NCBI GenBank assembly: GCA_964594985.1
Contig: CAZQNQ010000006.1
Location: forward strand, 1,997 to 65,996
Length of the DNA: 64,000 nucleotides
Direction of reading: 5' to 3'
Source of the DNA: an uncultured Bifidobacterium sp.
Lineage (GTDB): Bacteria > Verrucomicrobiota > Verrucomicrobiia > Limisphaerales > JADLHS01
The notes under the pieces are model-generated. The model was not told the origin of the DNA, searched no databases, and was given only the letters and a program-made list of their open reading frames with translations. The position numbers and the translations under genes are program-made. This document shows, piece by piece, positions 52,741 through 61,878 of this stretch. The stretch's first letter is position 1. Every line of letters begins with the position of its first letter.

Positions 52741-54936
52741 TTATTTTTGCGCCAGCAGCCCGGTCGCTTCCCGCAGCAGAATGCGGGCGAACACCCAGTC
52801 GAACCAGAAGCCTTGCGTGCCCGTGCCGCGTTCCAGCCCGGCTTTGAACTTCGTCTCCACCGCCTCGCGACCAGGGGCCAGGGCCGGGTCCGCCAGATCG
52901 CTGCGGCGCAGTTGGTGATAGCTCATGGCCAGGATGATCTGCGCCGTCGCATGGCGCGGGGCGTTGAACTCGTCGTAACCCAAACAGCGCTCACACCACT
53001 CCACGGCCCGGGCGTAATTGCCCCGCCGATATTCGTATAACGCCAGCGACATCGAACGCCACGCCGCTTGAAACATTTCTTCCCGGGCGGTGTCGTTCCT
53101 CTGGGCGAAATAATTTTCCGCCGCCTCCACCTGCGGCTTGAGTTGCGCCAACAGGCGTTCGTCCGCCGGGGCCAGCAGGCAGATCTTGATGATGCGATCG
53201 CTGAAGAGGTAGGGCGCGGCGGAGAAATGTTCCACCGCCGCCTGGCGGAATCGCTCGTAACCGGCCGTGTCATTGATTTCCAGCAGGGCGGGGCCGAATT
53301 CCAGATGATCGAGCGTGGCGGTGTCCTGTCCGTCCAGTTGATTGATCTGCAACAATCGGCGGAAACATTCCACCGCCTCCTGCCAACGACCGTTGAGCGC
53401 GTGCCAGTCGCCCACCGAGCGCAACACCGCCGCGAGTTCGATCGAGGGTTTGCCGACGGGAATCCCCTTCAACAGCGCATTCGCTTCCGGGTAATTGTCC
53501 TGACTGACCAGCAACGCGGCCTGCGTGATCTTTTCACGCCATTCCGCCTGTTGCCGCAAGCCCGCCTCCTGTTGCTCGGCATCCACGGCGCGTTTGCGGG
53601 CCTCGCGTTCGCGGAAAAACAACCAGGTGGACGTCGTCAGCCCAACGATGAGCACCAGCGTGATGGCAAAGCCCGAGGCGAACACGGCTTTGTTGCGACG
53701 CACCAGTTTTTGCAGCCGGTACGTCCGGCTGGGCGGACGCGCGAACACAGGTTCATTGTTCAGATAGCGCTGGATGTCCATCGCCAGCGCGTTGGCCGTC
53801 TCGTAGCGTCGCTTGCGGTCCTTTTCCAATGCCTTCATCACGATCCAATCGGGATCGCCCCGCAGTTGCGAGATCAATTTGGGCGGTTCGACGTGGCGCT
53901 GTTGCGCGGTCGCGGTCAGTTCCTCGTTCTGCAACGTGGTGAGAATCGTGGACGGACGTTGCGGTTCGCGTTCGCGCAAGGTGCGCCGCATTTCGTCGAA
54001 GCCGGATTGCAGCAGTTGCTTGGGGTCAAACGGCGTCCGCCCGGTGAGCAGTTCGTAAAGCAACACCCCAAGACTGTAGATGTCGGCGCGGGTATCAATG
54101 TCCAGCCCGCTCATCTCCGCCTGCTCGGGACTCATGTAGGCAGGTGTGCCGATGATCTGCGCGTAGGCGGTGAATAGCGTTTTCTCGGTAAGCTGCGCTT
54201 CGGTGGCTTTGGCGATGCCGAAATCAATCACCTTCGGCACCGGCACCCCATCGTGCAGCGTGACAAGAATGTTCGACGGCTTGATGTCGCGATGGATGAT
54301 GCCCTTTTGATGTGCGTGCTGGATCGCCTGACAGATCAGGATGAACAGATGCAGACGCTGGGTCGTGTCGAGATGGTTGGCGTCACAATACTCCGTGACC
54401 TTGAAGCCGCGCACCAGTTCCATGACGAAGAACGGGCGGCCGGTCTCGGTCGCGCCAGCATCAAGCACGCGGGCGATGTTCGGATGATCCATCATCGCCA
54501 GCGCCTGGCGCTCGGCTTCGAAGCGGGCGATGACGGACTTGGTGTCCATGCCCAGCTTGATGATCTTGAGCGCGACGCGGCGGCGCACGGGTTTTTCCTG
54601 CTCGGCCATATAGACCGCGCCGCAACCGCCCTCGCCGATGCGTTCCAGCAATTTGTAATTCCCGATGCGCTTGCCGACCTGTTCGTCGTCCGCGGCGCGG
54701 GTGGGTTCGGAGTGGGCCAGGGCCTGTAGTTCACCGCCCAACGAATGCACGGCTGAACCGCCCGCGGCAAAAAAATCCTCCGCCGGTTCGAGTGCGACCA
54801 AGAGTTCCTCCACGCGCTGGCGCAATCCGGCGTCACCGCCACACGCGCGCGTGAGATATGAACGCCGCGCCCCGGCATCGGTGATGAGCCGGGCCGCGTC
54901 GAAAATATCCTCTTCCTCTTTGAGCGTGGGATTCAT
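52741..54936 (-). CDS. Ser/Thr protein kinase with TM segment and C-terminal TPR-like sensor region
   Basis: GEGGCGAVY...VALK, HRDIKPSNIL, DFGIAK and GTPAYMSPE kinase subdomains. TM segment FASGFAITLVLIVGLTTSTWLFF. Confidence 0.9.
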   Translation of the reverse strand: MNPTLKEEEDIFDAARLITDAGARRSYLTRACGGDAGLRQRVEELLVALEPAEDFFAAGGSAVHSLGGELQALAHSEPTRAADDEQVGKRIGNYKLLERIGEGGCGAVYMAEQEKPVRRRVALKIIKLGMDTKSVIARFEAERQALAMMDHPNIARVLDAGATETGRPFFVMELVRGFKVTEYCDANHLDTTQRLHLFILICQAIQHAHQKGIIHRDIKPSNILVTLHDGVPVPKVIDFGIAKATEAQLTEKTLFTAYAQIIGTPAYMSPEQAEMSGLDIDTRADIYSLGVLLYELLTGRTPFDPKQLLQSGFDEMRRTLREREPQRPSTILTTLQNEELTATAQQRHVEPPKLISQLRGDPDWIVMKALEKDRKRRYETANALAMDIQRYLNNEPVFARPPSRTYRLQKLVRRNKAVFASGFAITLVLIVGLTTSTWLFFREREARKRAVDAEQQEAGLRQQAEWREKITQAALLVSQDNYPEANALLKGIPVGKPSIELAAVLRSVGDWHALNGRWQEAVECFRRLLQINQLDGQDTATLDHLEFGPALLEINDTAGYERFRQAAVEHFSAAPYLFSDRIIKICLLAPADERLLAQLKPQVEAAENYFAQRNDTAREEMFQAAWRSMSLALYEYRRGNYARAVEWCERCLGYDEFNAPRHATAQIILAMSYHQLRRSDLADPALAPGREAVETKFKAGLERGTGTQGFWFDWVFARILLREATGLLAQK

Positions 54937-54991
54937 CGCCGGGTCTTACTCTCTCATGCGCTATGCGGCAGCCGAAACCGACAGTTTCATT

Positions 54992-55549
54992 TCATAATTC
55001 CGTCTGGATGCAGCGGAACATCCAGGCTTTGGCGAACGCCCACTGGCGTTCCACCGTGCGTTCGGTGACCCCGAGGCTCTGCGCGACTTCCTGATTTGTC
55101 AGGCCGCCGAAGAATTTCAACACAACGATCTTTGCTTTTTCCGGGTCCTCTTGCTTCAACTGCTCCAAGGCTTCGTCAATCAGCAGAATCTTGTCATCGG
55201 GCGTGGTGTCGGCCAGGTCCAGTTCCTCCAGCTCGACACGCACCTGGTCGCCGCCGCGTTTGAGCCGGGATTTGCGGCGGGCGTTTTCGATAAGGATGCG
55301 GCGCATCGCCTCCGCCGCCGCACCGAAGAAGTGCGCCCGGTTCTCCCAGTTGCGATTGCCTTCACCGACGAGCCGCAGCCACGCCTCATGCACGAGGGCG
55401 GTGGGTTGCAGAGTCTGGCCGGCGGCTTCGCGCGCCATGCGGGCGGCGGCGAGATGGCGCAATTCTTCATAAACGAGCGGCAACAAATCCGACGAAGCCT
55501 GTCGCTCGCCGCGCGCCACTGCTTGCAGCATCAATGTGATGTCGCTCAT
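54992..55549 (-). CDS. ECF-type sigma-70 family factor (STK-associated type)
   Basis: Subset of ORF 54992..55708, starting at MSDITLMLQAV. LVHEAWLRL (region 2) and LTNQEVAQSLGVTERTVERQW (region 4 HTH). Encoded directly upstream of the kinase, and no anti-sigma gene is visible. Confidence 0.85.
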   Translation of the reverse strand: MSDITLMLQAVARGERQASSDLLPLVYEELRHLAAARMAREAAGQTLQPTALVHEAWLRLVGEGNRNWENRAHFFGAAAEAMRRILIENARRKSRLKRGGDQVRVELEELDLADTTPDDKILLIDEALEQLKQEDPEKAKIVVLKFFGGLTNQEVAQSLGVTERTVERQWAFAKAWMFRCIQTEL

Positions 55550-55743
55550 GAGTAAGTGCGGAGAGTATGCCCGCACCGGCAAGTTTTGCGAGCCAACTTC
55601 TCCGCGCTCAGGCGGTGATAATGCCCGGGTGACGCCTTGCTCTCGGAGCCGGTCTGAAAATCCCGGAGCGCGGCTGTGTCGTCCTCGACCAGCCGCAGCA
55701 GGGCGCATTTTTTATGGCGTCAGGGAGCTTGTGATGTGCTGCG

Positions 55744-55777
55744 GCTGGTCTGCGACACAGCCGCGCTCCTTTTTCAG
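55744..55777. repeat. REP hairpin, CAGCCGCGCTCC family
   Basis: gtgctgcggctggtctgcgacacagccgcgctcc, between the tandem-GH43 gene stop and the ECF sigma start. Confidence 0.65.
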
Positions 55778-55804
55778 TCAGGCTCTCAGGCAGAACTACC
55801 GTGG

Positions 55805-57751
55805 TTACTTCGACTTTGCCGGGTTGACGCCCTCAGTGGTTTGTACCACGCGCTGCAACGAGCCGTCGGAGTTGTAATAGAGGTAGTCAATGCACACCGA
55901 ACGACGAAAGCTGCCACCTGTCGTTTGTACACCGCCGTTGTGATAGATGAAATACCAGCGCCCCAGGAATTCGATGATGGACTGGTGGATCGTGTTGCTG
56001 TTGCCCGCGATCTCGGTCAACAAACCGCGATGCGTCCACGGCCCGGTGAGTTTTTTGCTGGTCGAATAAGCCACCTTTTCCGGGAAACCGGTCGCGTAGC
56101 TGAGATAGAAAGTGTCGCCGCGCTTGTGAATCCACGGTGCTTCGGTGAAGCCTTTTACTTCCGCATCCGGGATGACGTGAATCTCGCCGTCGAGTTCGGT
56201 CATGTTCGCCTTGAGTTTGGCCCAGTAACATTTCTGGTTGCCCCAGAACAGATACGCCTGACCGTCGTCATCAATCCACGCCGTCGGATCAATGTCGTCC
56301 CAACTGATGCGCGTGGCCTTGGTCATGTCGTTGACCACCAGCGCCGAACCGCGCGCGTCCTGGAACGGACCGGTCGGACTGGTGGCGACGGCGACCCCGA
56401 TGGCCTTGCCGCCGATGGTGGCGTGTGTGCACGAGACATACCAATAGAACTTTCCGTCGCGTTCAATCACCTGGCTGGCCCACGCGTCGCCGCGTGCCCA
56501 CGCGAAATCCTTGGCGGCGAGTGGTGAACCGTGTTCCTCCCAATCCACCATGTTCGTTGAGGAGAAAAGCAACCAGTCATTCATCCGATAGTTGGAGTTG
56601 TTGTCCGGCGCGATGTCGTGGCCGGTGTAGAGATAGACGCGGCCTTGATGCACCAGCGCGGCGGGATCGGCGGTGAAGACCTTCGTGATGATCGGGTTGC
56701 CGCCGGTATGATGCACGGGGCGACGGTCGTCAGCCACGGGCGTTCCAAAGTTCGGCGTGCCGTCGGCGTTCCAGGTCAACACCTGCGCGCGGGTGGCGCG
56801 GTCGGGATTGCCCAGCGGATCGCCGGCAATGTGTTCGTAGTTGCGCGCGTGATAAACCATGATATCCGTCTTGCCGTCGGGCGTGGTGGTGAAGCAGTTG
56901 TGGCCCGGACCATACTGGCTGGTGGCGGGGTGGCTTTTGAAAACGGGCGTCGGCGATTTGCTCCAGGACTTCGGATCAAGCAGATCGGCGTTTTCATCCG
57001 CAGTAAGCAGGCCGAGGCAATAGTTCGCATCCGTGGCGCTGGCGGAATAGGTCAGGAACAACCGGCCATTGCGATGAATGACGGCGGGCGCTTCGTTGAC
57101 GTTGTGGCCGATGCGTTCCCACGGCAGTTCGGGTTTGGAAATGCAAACTTGAGTGCCGGTGATGGACCACGGCGTGTCCATCTTGGCGAGGAACAGACTC
57201 GTGCCGCGCACGTCGGGGATGCTCTGCGCCCAGGCAAGGTAACGGGTGCCGCGATGCTCAAACGTGGTGGCGTCGAGCGTGAACGATCCCCAGTTCATCT
57301 TGATTTCGCCCTTCTCAGTCCAGTTGCCTTCGAGTGGATTGGCGGAATCGTTTTCGAGCACGTATTGCCGGATGTCCCAGACGGCCTCGGCGCGACCGGC
57401 GGCGAAATAGATGTACCACTTGCCGCTGATGAAATGGATTTCCGGCGCCCAGATGTGATGACTCATCGGCCCGTTCGCATGTTTGCGCCAGATGACTTTT
57501 GCGGCGGCGCTGACCAGTCCGCCCACGGTGCGGGCGCGACGGAGTTCGATGCGATCATACTCCGGCACAGTGGCGGTGAAGTAATACCAGCCATCCGAAT
57601 GTAACGCGACGTGTGGGTCCGCGCGTTGCGGCAGGATGGGGTTGGACCACTTGAGCGGGTCATCGGCGGCGTGAACGGACAGGGTCAATCCCAGAAGAAT
57701 CAGCAGGGAGCAGATGTGGGTGTGCATGTTTTGTTTCGGAATGAGTTTCAA
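55805..57751 (-). CDS. Secreted protein with two tandem GH43 catalytic domains
   Basis: Signal peptide. First module: RADPHVALHSDGWYYFTAT, IWAPEIHFISGKWYIYFAA. Second module: FTADPAALVHQGRVYLYTGHD, AWASQVIERDGKFYWYVS, TEAPWIHKRGDTFYLSY. Confidence 0.85.
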   Translation of the reverse strand: MKLIPKQNMHTHICSLLILLGLTLSVHAADDPLKWSNPILPQRADPHVALHSDGWYYFTATVPEYDRIELRRARTVGGLVSAAAKVIWRKHANGPMSHHIWAPEIHFISGKWYIYFAAGRAEAVWDIRQYVLENDSANPLEGNWTEKGEIKMNWGSFTLDATTFEHRGTRYLAWAQSIPDVRGTSLFLAKMDTPWSITGTQVCISKPELPWERIGHNVNEAPAVIHRNGRLFLTYSASATDANYCLGLLTADENADLLDPKSWSKSPTPVFKSHPATSQYGPGHNCFTTTPDGKTDIMVYHARNYEHIAGDPLGNPDRATRAQVLTWNADGTPNFGTPVADDRRPVHHTGGNPIITKVFTADPAALVHQGRVYLYTGHDIAPDNNSNYRMNDWLLFSSTNMVDWEEHGSPLAAKDFAWARGDAWASQVIERDGKFYWYVSCTHATIGGKAIGVAVATSPTGPFQDARGSALVVNDMTKATRISWDDIDPTAWIDDDGQAYLFWGNQKCYWAKLKANMTELDGEIHVIPDAEVKGFTEAPWIHKRGDTFYLSYATGFPEKVAYSTSKKLTGPWTHRGLLTEIAGNSNTIHQSIIEFLGRWYFIYHNGGVQTTGGSFRRSVCIDYLYYNSDGSLQRVVQTTEGVNPAKSK

Positions 57752-57785
57752 AAAGTGAGAGTGCTGTCGTCGCGGCGTTCGCAGT

Positions 57786-60700
57786 TCAGGGATAAATCAG
57801 GCGATAGAACACACTGCCCTGGTTCGCATCCACCGGCAGGCTTACGCTGTTCGTCGTGGCTGAACCCGGCACATCAAACCAATTGGTGCTAAGGCCCGCT
57901 GCCAAATCATTGGTCTGGACCTGCAAACGCCAGCCGAGGTGATCCGCCGGCCAGGACAGGGTGAGTACGCCATTTGAAACAGACATCGAAACGTCCACCG
58001 GCACGGTCGAACTGGGGATGGCGCTGACTTGAGTCGAGTTCAACCCTTCGCCGCTGATGTTGGCGGCGGAGACGACATAGTAATACGTCGTGCCGTTGAC
58101 CAAGCCCGGGTCGGAGCAGGTGGTCGTACTGACATTCGTAATCGTGGTGTACGATCCGCCGCTCGTCGTGGCGCGTTTCACTTTGTAACTGGTCGCGCTC
58201 GCGGATGCGCTCCAACTCAACCCGACCTGACCGTTGCCGGGAGTTGCGGTCAGACTCGTCGGCGCCGCCGGCACGCCGCCGTTGGAAGTGAACAGCGTGG
58301 AAACTTCGGCGGAACTCAACGCGCGGCGGTAAATGCGGAAATCATCCACGCGGCCGTTGAGGTAGGGATCGGAGTACTGTGATCGGCCAATGTAGTTCAA
58401 GCCGGTGTTGCCCAGATTCGACGGCTTGAGCGTCATGCTGGCGTTGGTGCCGACGGCGACGCCGTCCACGTAGAGGACGCCCGTCGTTCCCGACAAGGTC
58501 ACGGCCACGTGCCGCCAACCGCCGATGGCGAGGGCGGCGGTGCCGTTGATGCGTTGCTCGGTGCTGCCGCCGCTGGTGGTAATGGCGTAACGAATCGCGC
58601 CGCCGCCACCGACCGGAGCGAGAAACATATAATTGCCGGTGCCAGTACCGAAATCGAAGAGCCGCGCCCAAGTGCTGTTGGCATTCAAATAAACCCAGGT
58701 GCTGATGCTGAAATCATTCAACGTGCTGACTACGCCCGTGGGCAAATTGACATAGCCGCTGCTCCCATTGAGTGAAACAGCGTTGTTGATCTTGCCCGCC
58801 GCCGAGAAACTTGCGCCTGTTGCCAACGTGCCGTTCTTGCCGTTGCCGCTCGAATCGGCGGCGCTCGTGCCGCTGGCTTCGTTGAATTTCAGATAGGCCA
58901 AAAGCTCGGTGGGCGTTGCCGTTACTTGCGGAGAGTTGCCGCTTTCGCCCGCGCCGTTCGCGGCGGCCACCACATAGTAATAGGTGATGCCGTTCAGCGC
59001 GGTCGGGTCGGTGTAATTCGCGGACGTGGCCGTGACGATGGTCGTGTAAGGTCCGCCGCTCGTCGTCGCGCGTTTCACTTTGTAAGTGGGCACGCTGGCC
59101 ACGGCGGTCCAGGTCAAGGCGACCAGATTGTTGCCCAACGTCGCGGCGAGGCTGCTCGGTGCGGCGGGCAAACCTTCGGAGTTGGCCAAAGCCACAATCT
59201 GCGCGCCGCTCAACGCCTGATTGTAGATGCGGAAATCATCCACGCGCCCGTTCAGGTAGGGATCGCTGAACTGCGATCTGCCGATGTAATTTAGCGTCGT
59301 GTTGCCCAGATTTGACGGCTTGAGGGTCATGCTGGTGTTCGTGCCGACGGCCACGCCATCCACGTAGAGTGTTCCGGTCGTGCCGGACAACGTCACCGCG
59401 ACGTGATGCCACGCGCCCGCCGCGAGGGCCGGGCCGTTGATTTGCTGCTCGCCGCTGCCGGTGTTGATGGCGTAACGAACACTGTTTCCGCCGCTGACCG
59501 GAGCGAGGAACATATAAGCCGTCGTGCCCGTGCCGAAATCAAAGAGTCGCGCCCACGTGCCGTTGGCGTTGACATAAACCCACGCGGCGATGCTGAAGTT
59601 GCCCGAGAGCGAGCTCACCACGCCAGCGGGCAGAGTCGCGTAGTTGCCCGCGCCGTTTAGCCCGACCGCGTTGTCGAACTTGCCCGTCGTCCAACCCGCG
59701 CCCGCCACCAAAGTGCCGTGCCGCGTTCCGACGGAATCAAATGCAATCGTGCCGCTGGTTTCATTGAATTTCCAATGCGCGAACAGGGCAGTGGGCGATG
59801 CGGTCACTTGCATTGAGTTCGCGCTCTCGCCGACTGAGTTGGTGGCTGACACCACATAGTAATACGTTGCGCCGTTGATAGCGGTTGCATCCGTGTAAGT
59901 CGTCTCAGTCGGAGTGCCGATCGTGGTGTAAGGGCCGCCATTGACCGTGGCGCGTTTCACGTTGTAACTGGTGGCATCGGTGGATGCGGCCCAGTTCAAC
60001 AGGACTTGATTGTGACCCGGCATCGCGGCCAGACCCGCCGGCACGAGCGGTAATGTTGGGGTCGTTGTGGTTGCGTTGACTTCGGTGCTGTCGCCGCTTT
60101 CGCCGGAGTCGTTCGTTGCGGAGACAACGTAGTAATAAGTCGTAGCACCCGTCAGCCCCGCATCGGAGTAACTTAGTCCCTTAACATCGGCGGCAATCGT
60201 GGTGTAAGGTCCGCCGCTGGTCGTTGCTCGTTTGACGTTGAAACCGTCGGCACCTGCCTGATCGGCCCAAGTCAGATTGATTTGCTGACTGCTGGCGGGA
60301 GTGACTACCAAGCCCGTCGGCGCGGCGGAAATTTGCGGCGTGCCGAAAATCTGGCATTCGTAAAAGGAAGCCCAGCCACCGCCCGGAACGATGCCGGTCG
60401 CCGTGATGCGCACGTAACGCGCTGTCGTCGAGAAGGTATTAGTCGTAGTTCCGACGACAGCGTTGGCCGTCGCGTCCAAGGCCACGGTGTAGTTCACGTC
60501 ATTGGTGCTGACTTCAATCCGGTATTGGAACGAGTAACCCGGATACCAGTGGGTGACGATGCTGGTGATGTCGTGCACCGCGCCCAAATCCACACGCCAC
60601 CATTGCGGATACGCGCCGCCGTTCGCCGTCCAGCGAAGCGTGGGGATGTTTCCGTCGTTGCCATTGACTGGCTGATGTCCGCCCAGCGAACTGCTCGCGG

Positions 60701-61697
60701 TCGCGGGCCGGAATTGCGAAACCAATCCGGCGGAAATTCCCGGAAGCGCGGTGTTGATGAATTTCCACTGTTGATTCCAACTCGCGTTGTTGCCCCACTG
60801 CTGCATCCCGGCGCCTTCCACGGTCTGGCCGCCCGTGTCGAGGCACTTGCCGCTGGCCACATTGATGAGCTTGTAAAAGCCGCCATCGGTTCGGATCACC
60901 TGCCATTGCTGGCTGGCGCTGAAATTTTCCGCCACTTGACCCACCGGCGAACCGTCAACATTGCTGCCGAATGAATCCAGAAATTTACCGGTGGCGACCG
61001 AACGCAGCGTGAAATAGGTCGTGCCCGGAATCAGGCGCAACACCCATTGCTGATTGGGACTGCCGGAACCGCCCCATTGCCTGACCTGCGCGCCGTCCGC
61101 GATGGAGCCGAAATTGTCAAGCAGCCGGGTGTTGTTCCGATTCCGCAGGCAGTAGGTGCCGGGCGCGAACCCGATGGTCTTGTCGGTTTCCGTTCCCATG
61201 TCCTGGAGAAAACCACCGACGAAGCCCACGAGCCGCTCGGGATTAACCGCCTCGTTATCGTAGTTCCAACCATACGGCCAGAAATGCGCGGCGTCGCAGC
61301 CGACTGCGGCCCCGGGGCCGTCGTACGCTTGCGCGGCATTGTTGCAATACGTGCCGATCCATCCGCCCTGGCGCAAATCGTTCCACGTCCCGTAAGTTCC
61401 CGTGCCCAGCCAGTGACACATTTCGTGCATCGCCGTCCGGTAGTTCCGCGACCCGCCGAACCGGATCTGACCGTGATAACCGGCATCGGCCGTCGGCGTG
61501 CCGGGCGAGTGGATGACGCCGATGTCGTAGGTATAGTCCGAATAGGTGTTGAACATCGCCACGGCCTGGCTCATCGCCGAGTGGATGTCATTCGATGCAT
61601 TCACATCGGTGGGCAAAGCATTCCAATGCCAGCTCAACGCGGCAGGGCAGGTCAACGCGCTGAAGGCCAGGGCGAGCGCTCCGAGTAAATGTTTCAT
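57786..61697 (-). CDS. Secreted multidomain protein: HExxH metallopeptidase-like N-domain + ricin-B lectin + F5/8-type-C-like + 4 FN3-like + 2 LamG + C-terminal module
   Basis: Subset of ORF 57786..61793, starting at MKHLLGALALAFSAL. AMHEMCHWLG (HExxH). Three QxW repeats (QQWVLR, QQWQVI, QQWKFI). Four YxVKRATTSGGPYTTI...TYYYVVSA units. Two LamG with WARLFDFGTG/DDFRIY. Confidence 0.75.
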   Translation of the reverse strand: MKHLLGALALAFSALTCPAALSWHWNALPTDVNASNDIHSAMSQAVAMFNTYSDYTYDIGVIHSPGTPTADAGYHGQIRFGGSRNYRTAMHEMCHWLGTGTYGTWNDLRQGGWIGTYCNNAAQAYDGPGAAVGCDAAHFWPYGWNYDNEAVNPERLVGFVGGFLQDMGTETDKTIGFAPGTYCLRNRNNTRLLDNFGSIADGAQVRQWGGSGSPNQQWVLRLIPGTTYFTLRSVATGKFLDSFGSNVDGSPVGQVAENFSASQQWQVIRTDGGFYKLINVASGKCLDTGGQTVEGAGMQQWGNNASWNQQWKFINTALPGISAGLVSQFRPATASSSLGGHQPVNGNDGNIPTLRWTANGGAYPQWWRVDLGAVHDITSIVTHWYPGYSFQYRIEVSTNDVNYTVALDATANAVVGTTTNTFSTTARYVRITATGIVPGGGWASFYECQIFGTPQISAAPTGLVVTPASSQQINLTWADQAGADGFNVKRATTSGGPYTTIAADVKGLSYSDAGLTGATTYYYVVSATNDSGESGDSTEVNATTTTPTLPLVPAGLAAMPGHNQVLLNWAASTDATSYNVKRATVNGGPYTTIGTPTETTYTDATAINGATYYYVVSATNSVGESANSMQVTASPTALFAHWKFNETSGTIAFDSVGTRHGTLVAGAGWTTGKFDNAVGLNGAGNYATLPAGVVSSLSGNFSIAAWVYVNANGTWARLFDFGTGTTAYMFLAPVSGGNSVRYAINTGSGEQQINGPALAAGAWHHVAVTLSGTTGTLYVDGVAVGTNTSMTLKPSNLGNTTLNYIGRSQFSDPYLNGRVDDFRIYNQALSGAQIVALANSEGLPAAPSSLAATLGNNLVALTWTAVASVPTYKVKRATTSGGPYTTIVTATSANYTDPTALNGITYYYVVAAANGAGESGNSPQVTATPTELLAYLKFNEASGTSAADSSGNGKNGTLATGASFSAAGKINNAVSLNGSSGYVNLPTGVVSTLNDFSISTWVYLNANSTWARLFDFGTGTGNYMFLAPVGGGGAIRYAITTSGGSTEQRINGTAALAIGGWRHVAVTLSGTTGVLYVDGVAVGTNASMTLKPSNLGNTGLNYIGRSQYSDPYLNGRVDDFRIYRRALSSAEVSTLFTSNGGVPAAPTSLTATPGNGQVGLSWSASASATSYKVKRATTSGGSYTTITNVSTTTCSDPGLVNGTTYYYVVSAANISGEGLNSTQVSAIPSSTVPVDVSMSVSNGVLTLSWPADHLGWRLQVQTNDLAAGLSTNWFDVPGSATTNSVSLPVDANQGSVFYRLIYP

Positions 61698-61878
61698 TCG
61701 GTTGGGTTTCCTGATTGGCATTTGGTGGCAACGCAACACACCCGGGCTTGCTGGGATTTGTGCTTTTGCGGCGTGTATCCGGCTAAATTTCACCTAATCA
61801 TAACTCACCCGGCCAACGCTTGAAGCCCCCCAAATGAGTGGCGTGAAGGCGGCCAGCAGCAGGAGTTTGACGGCTATG

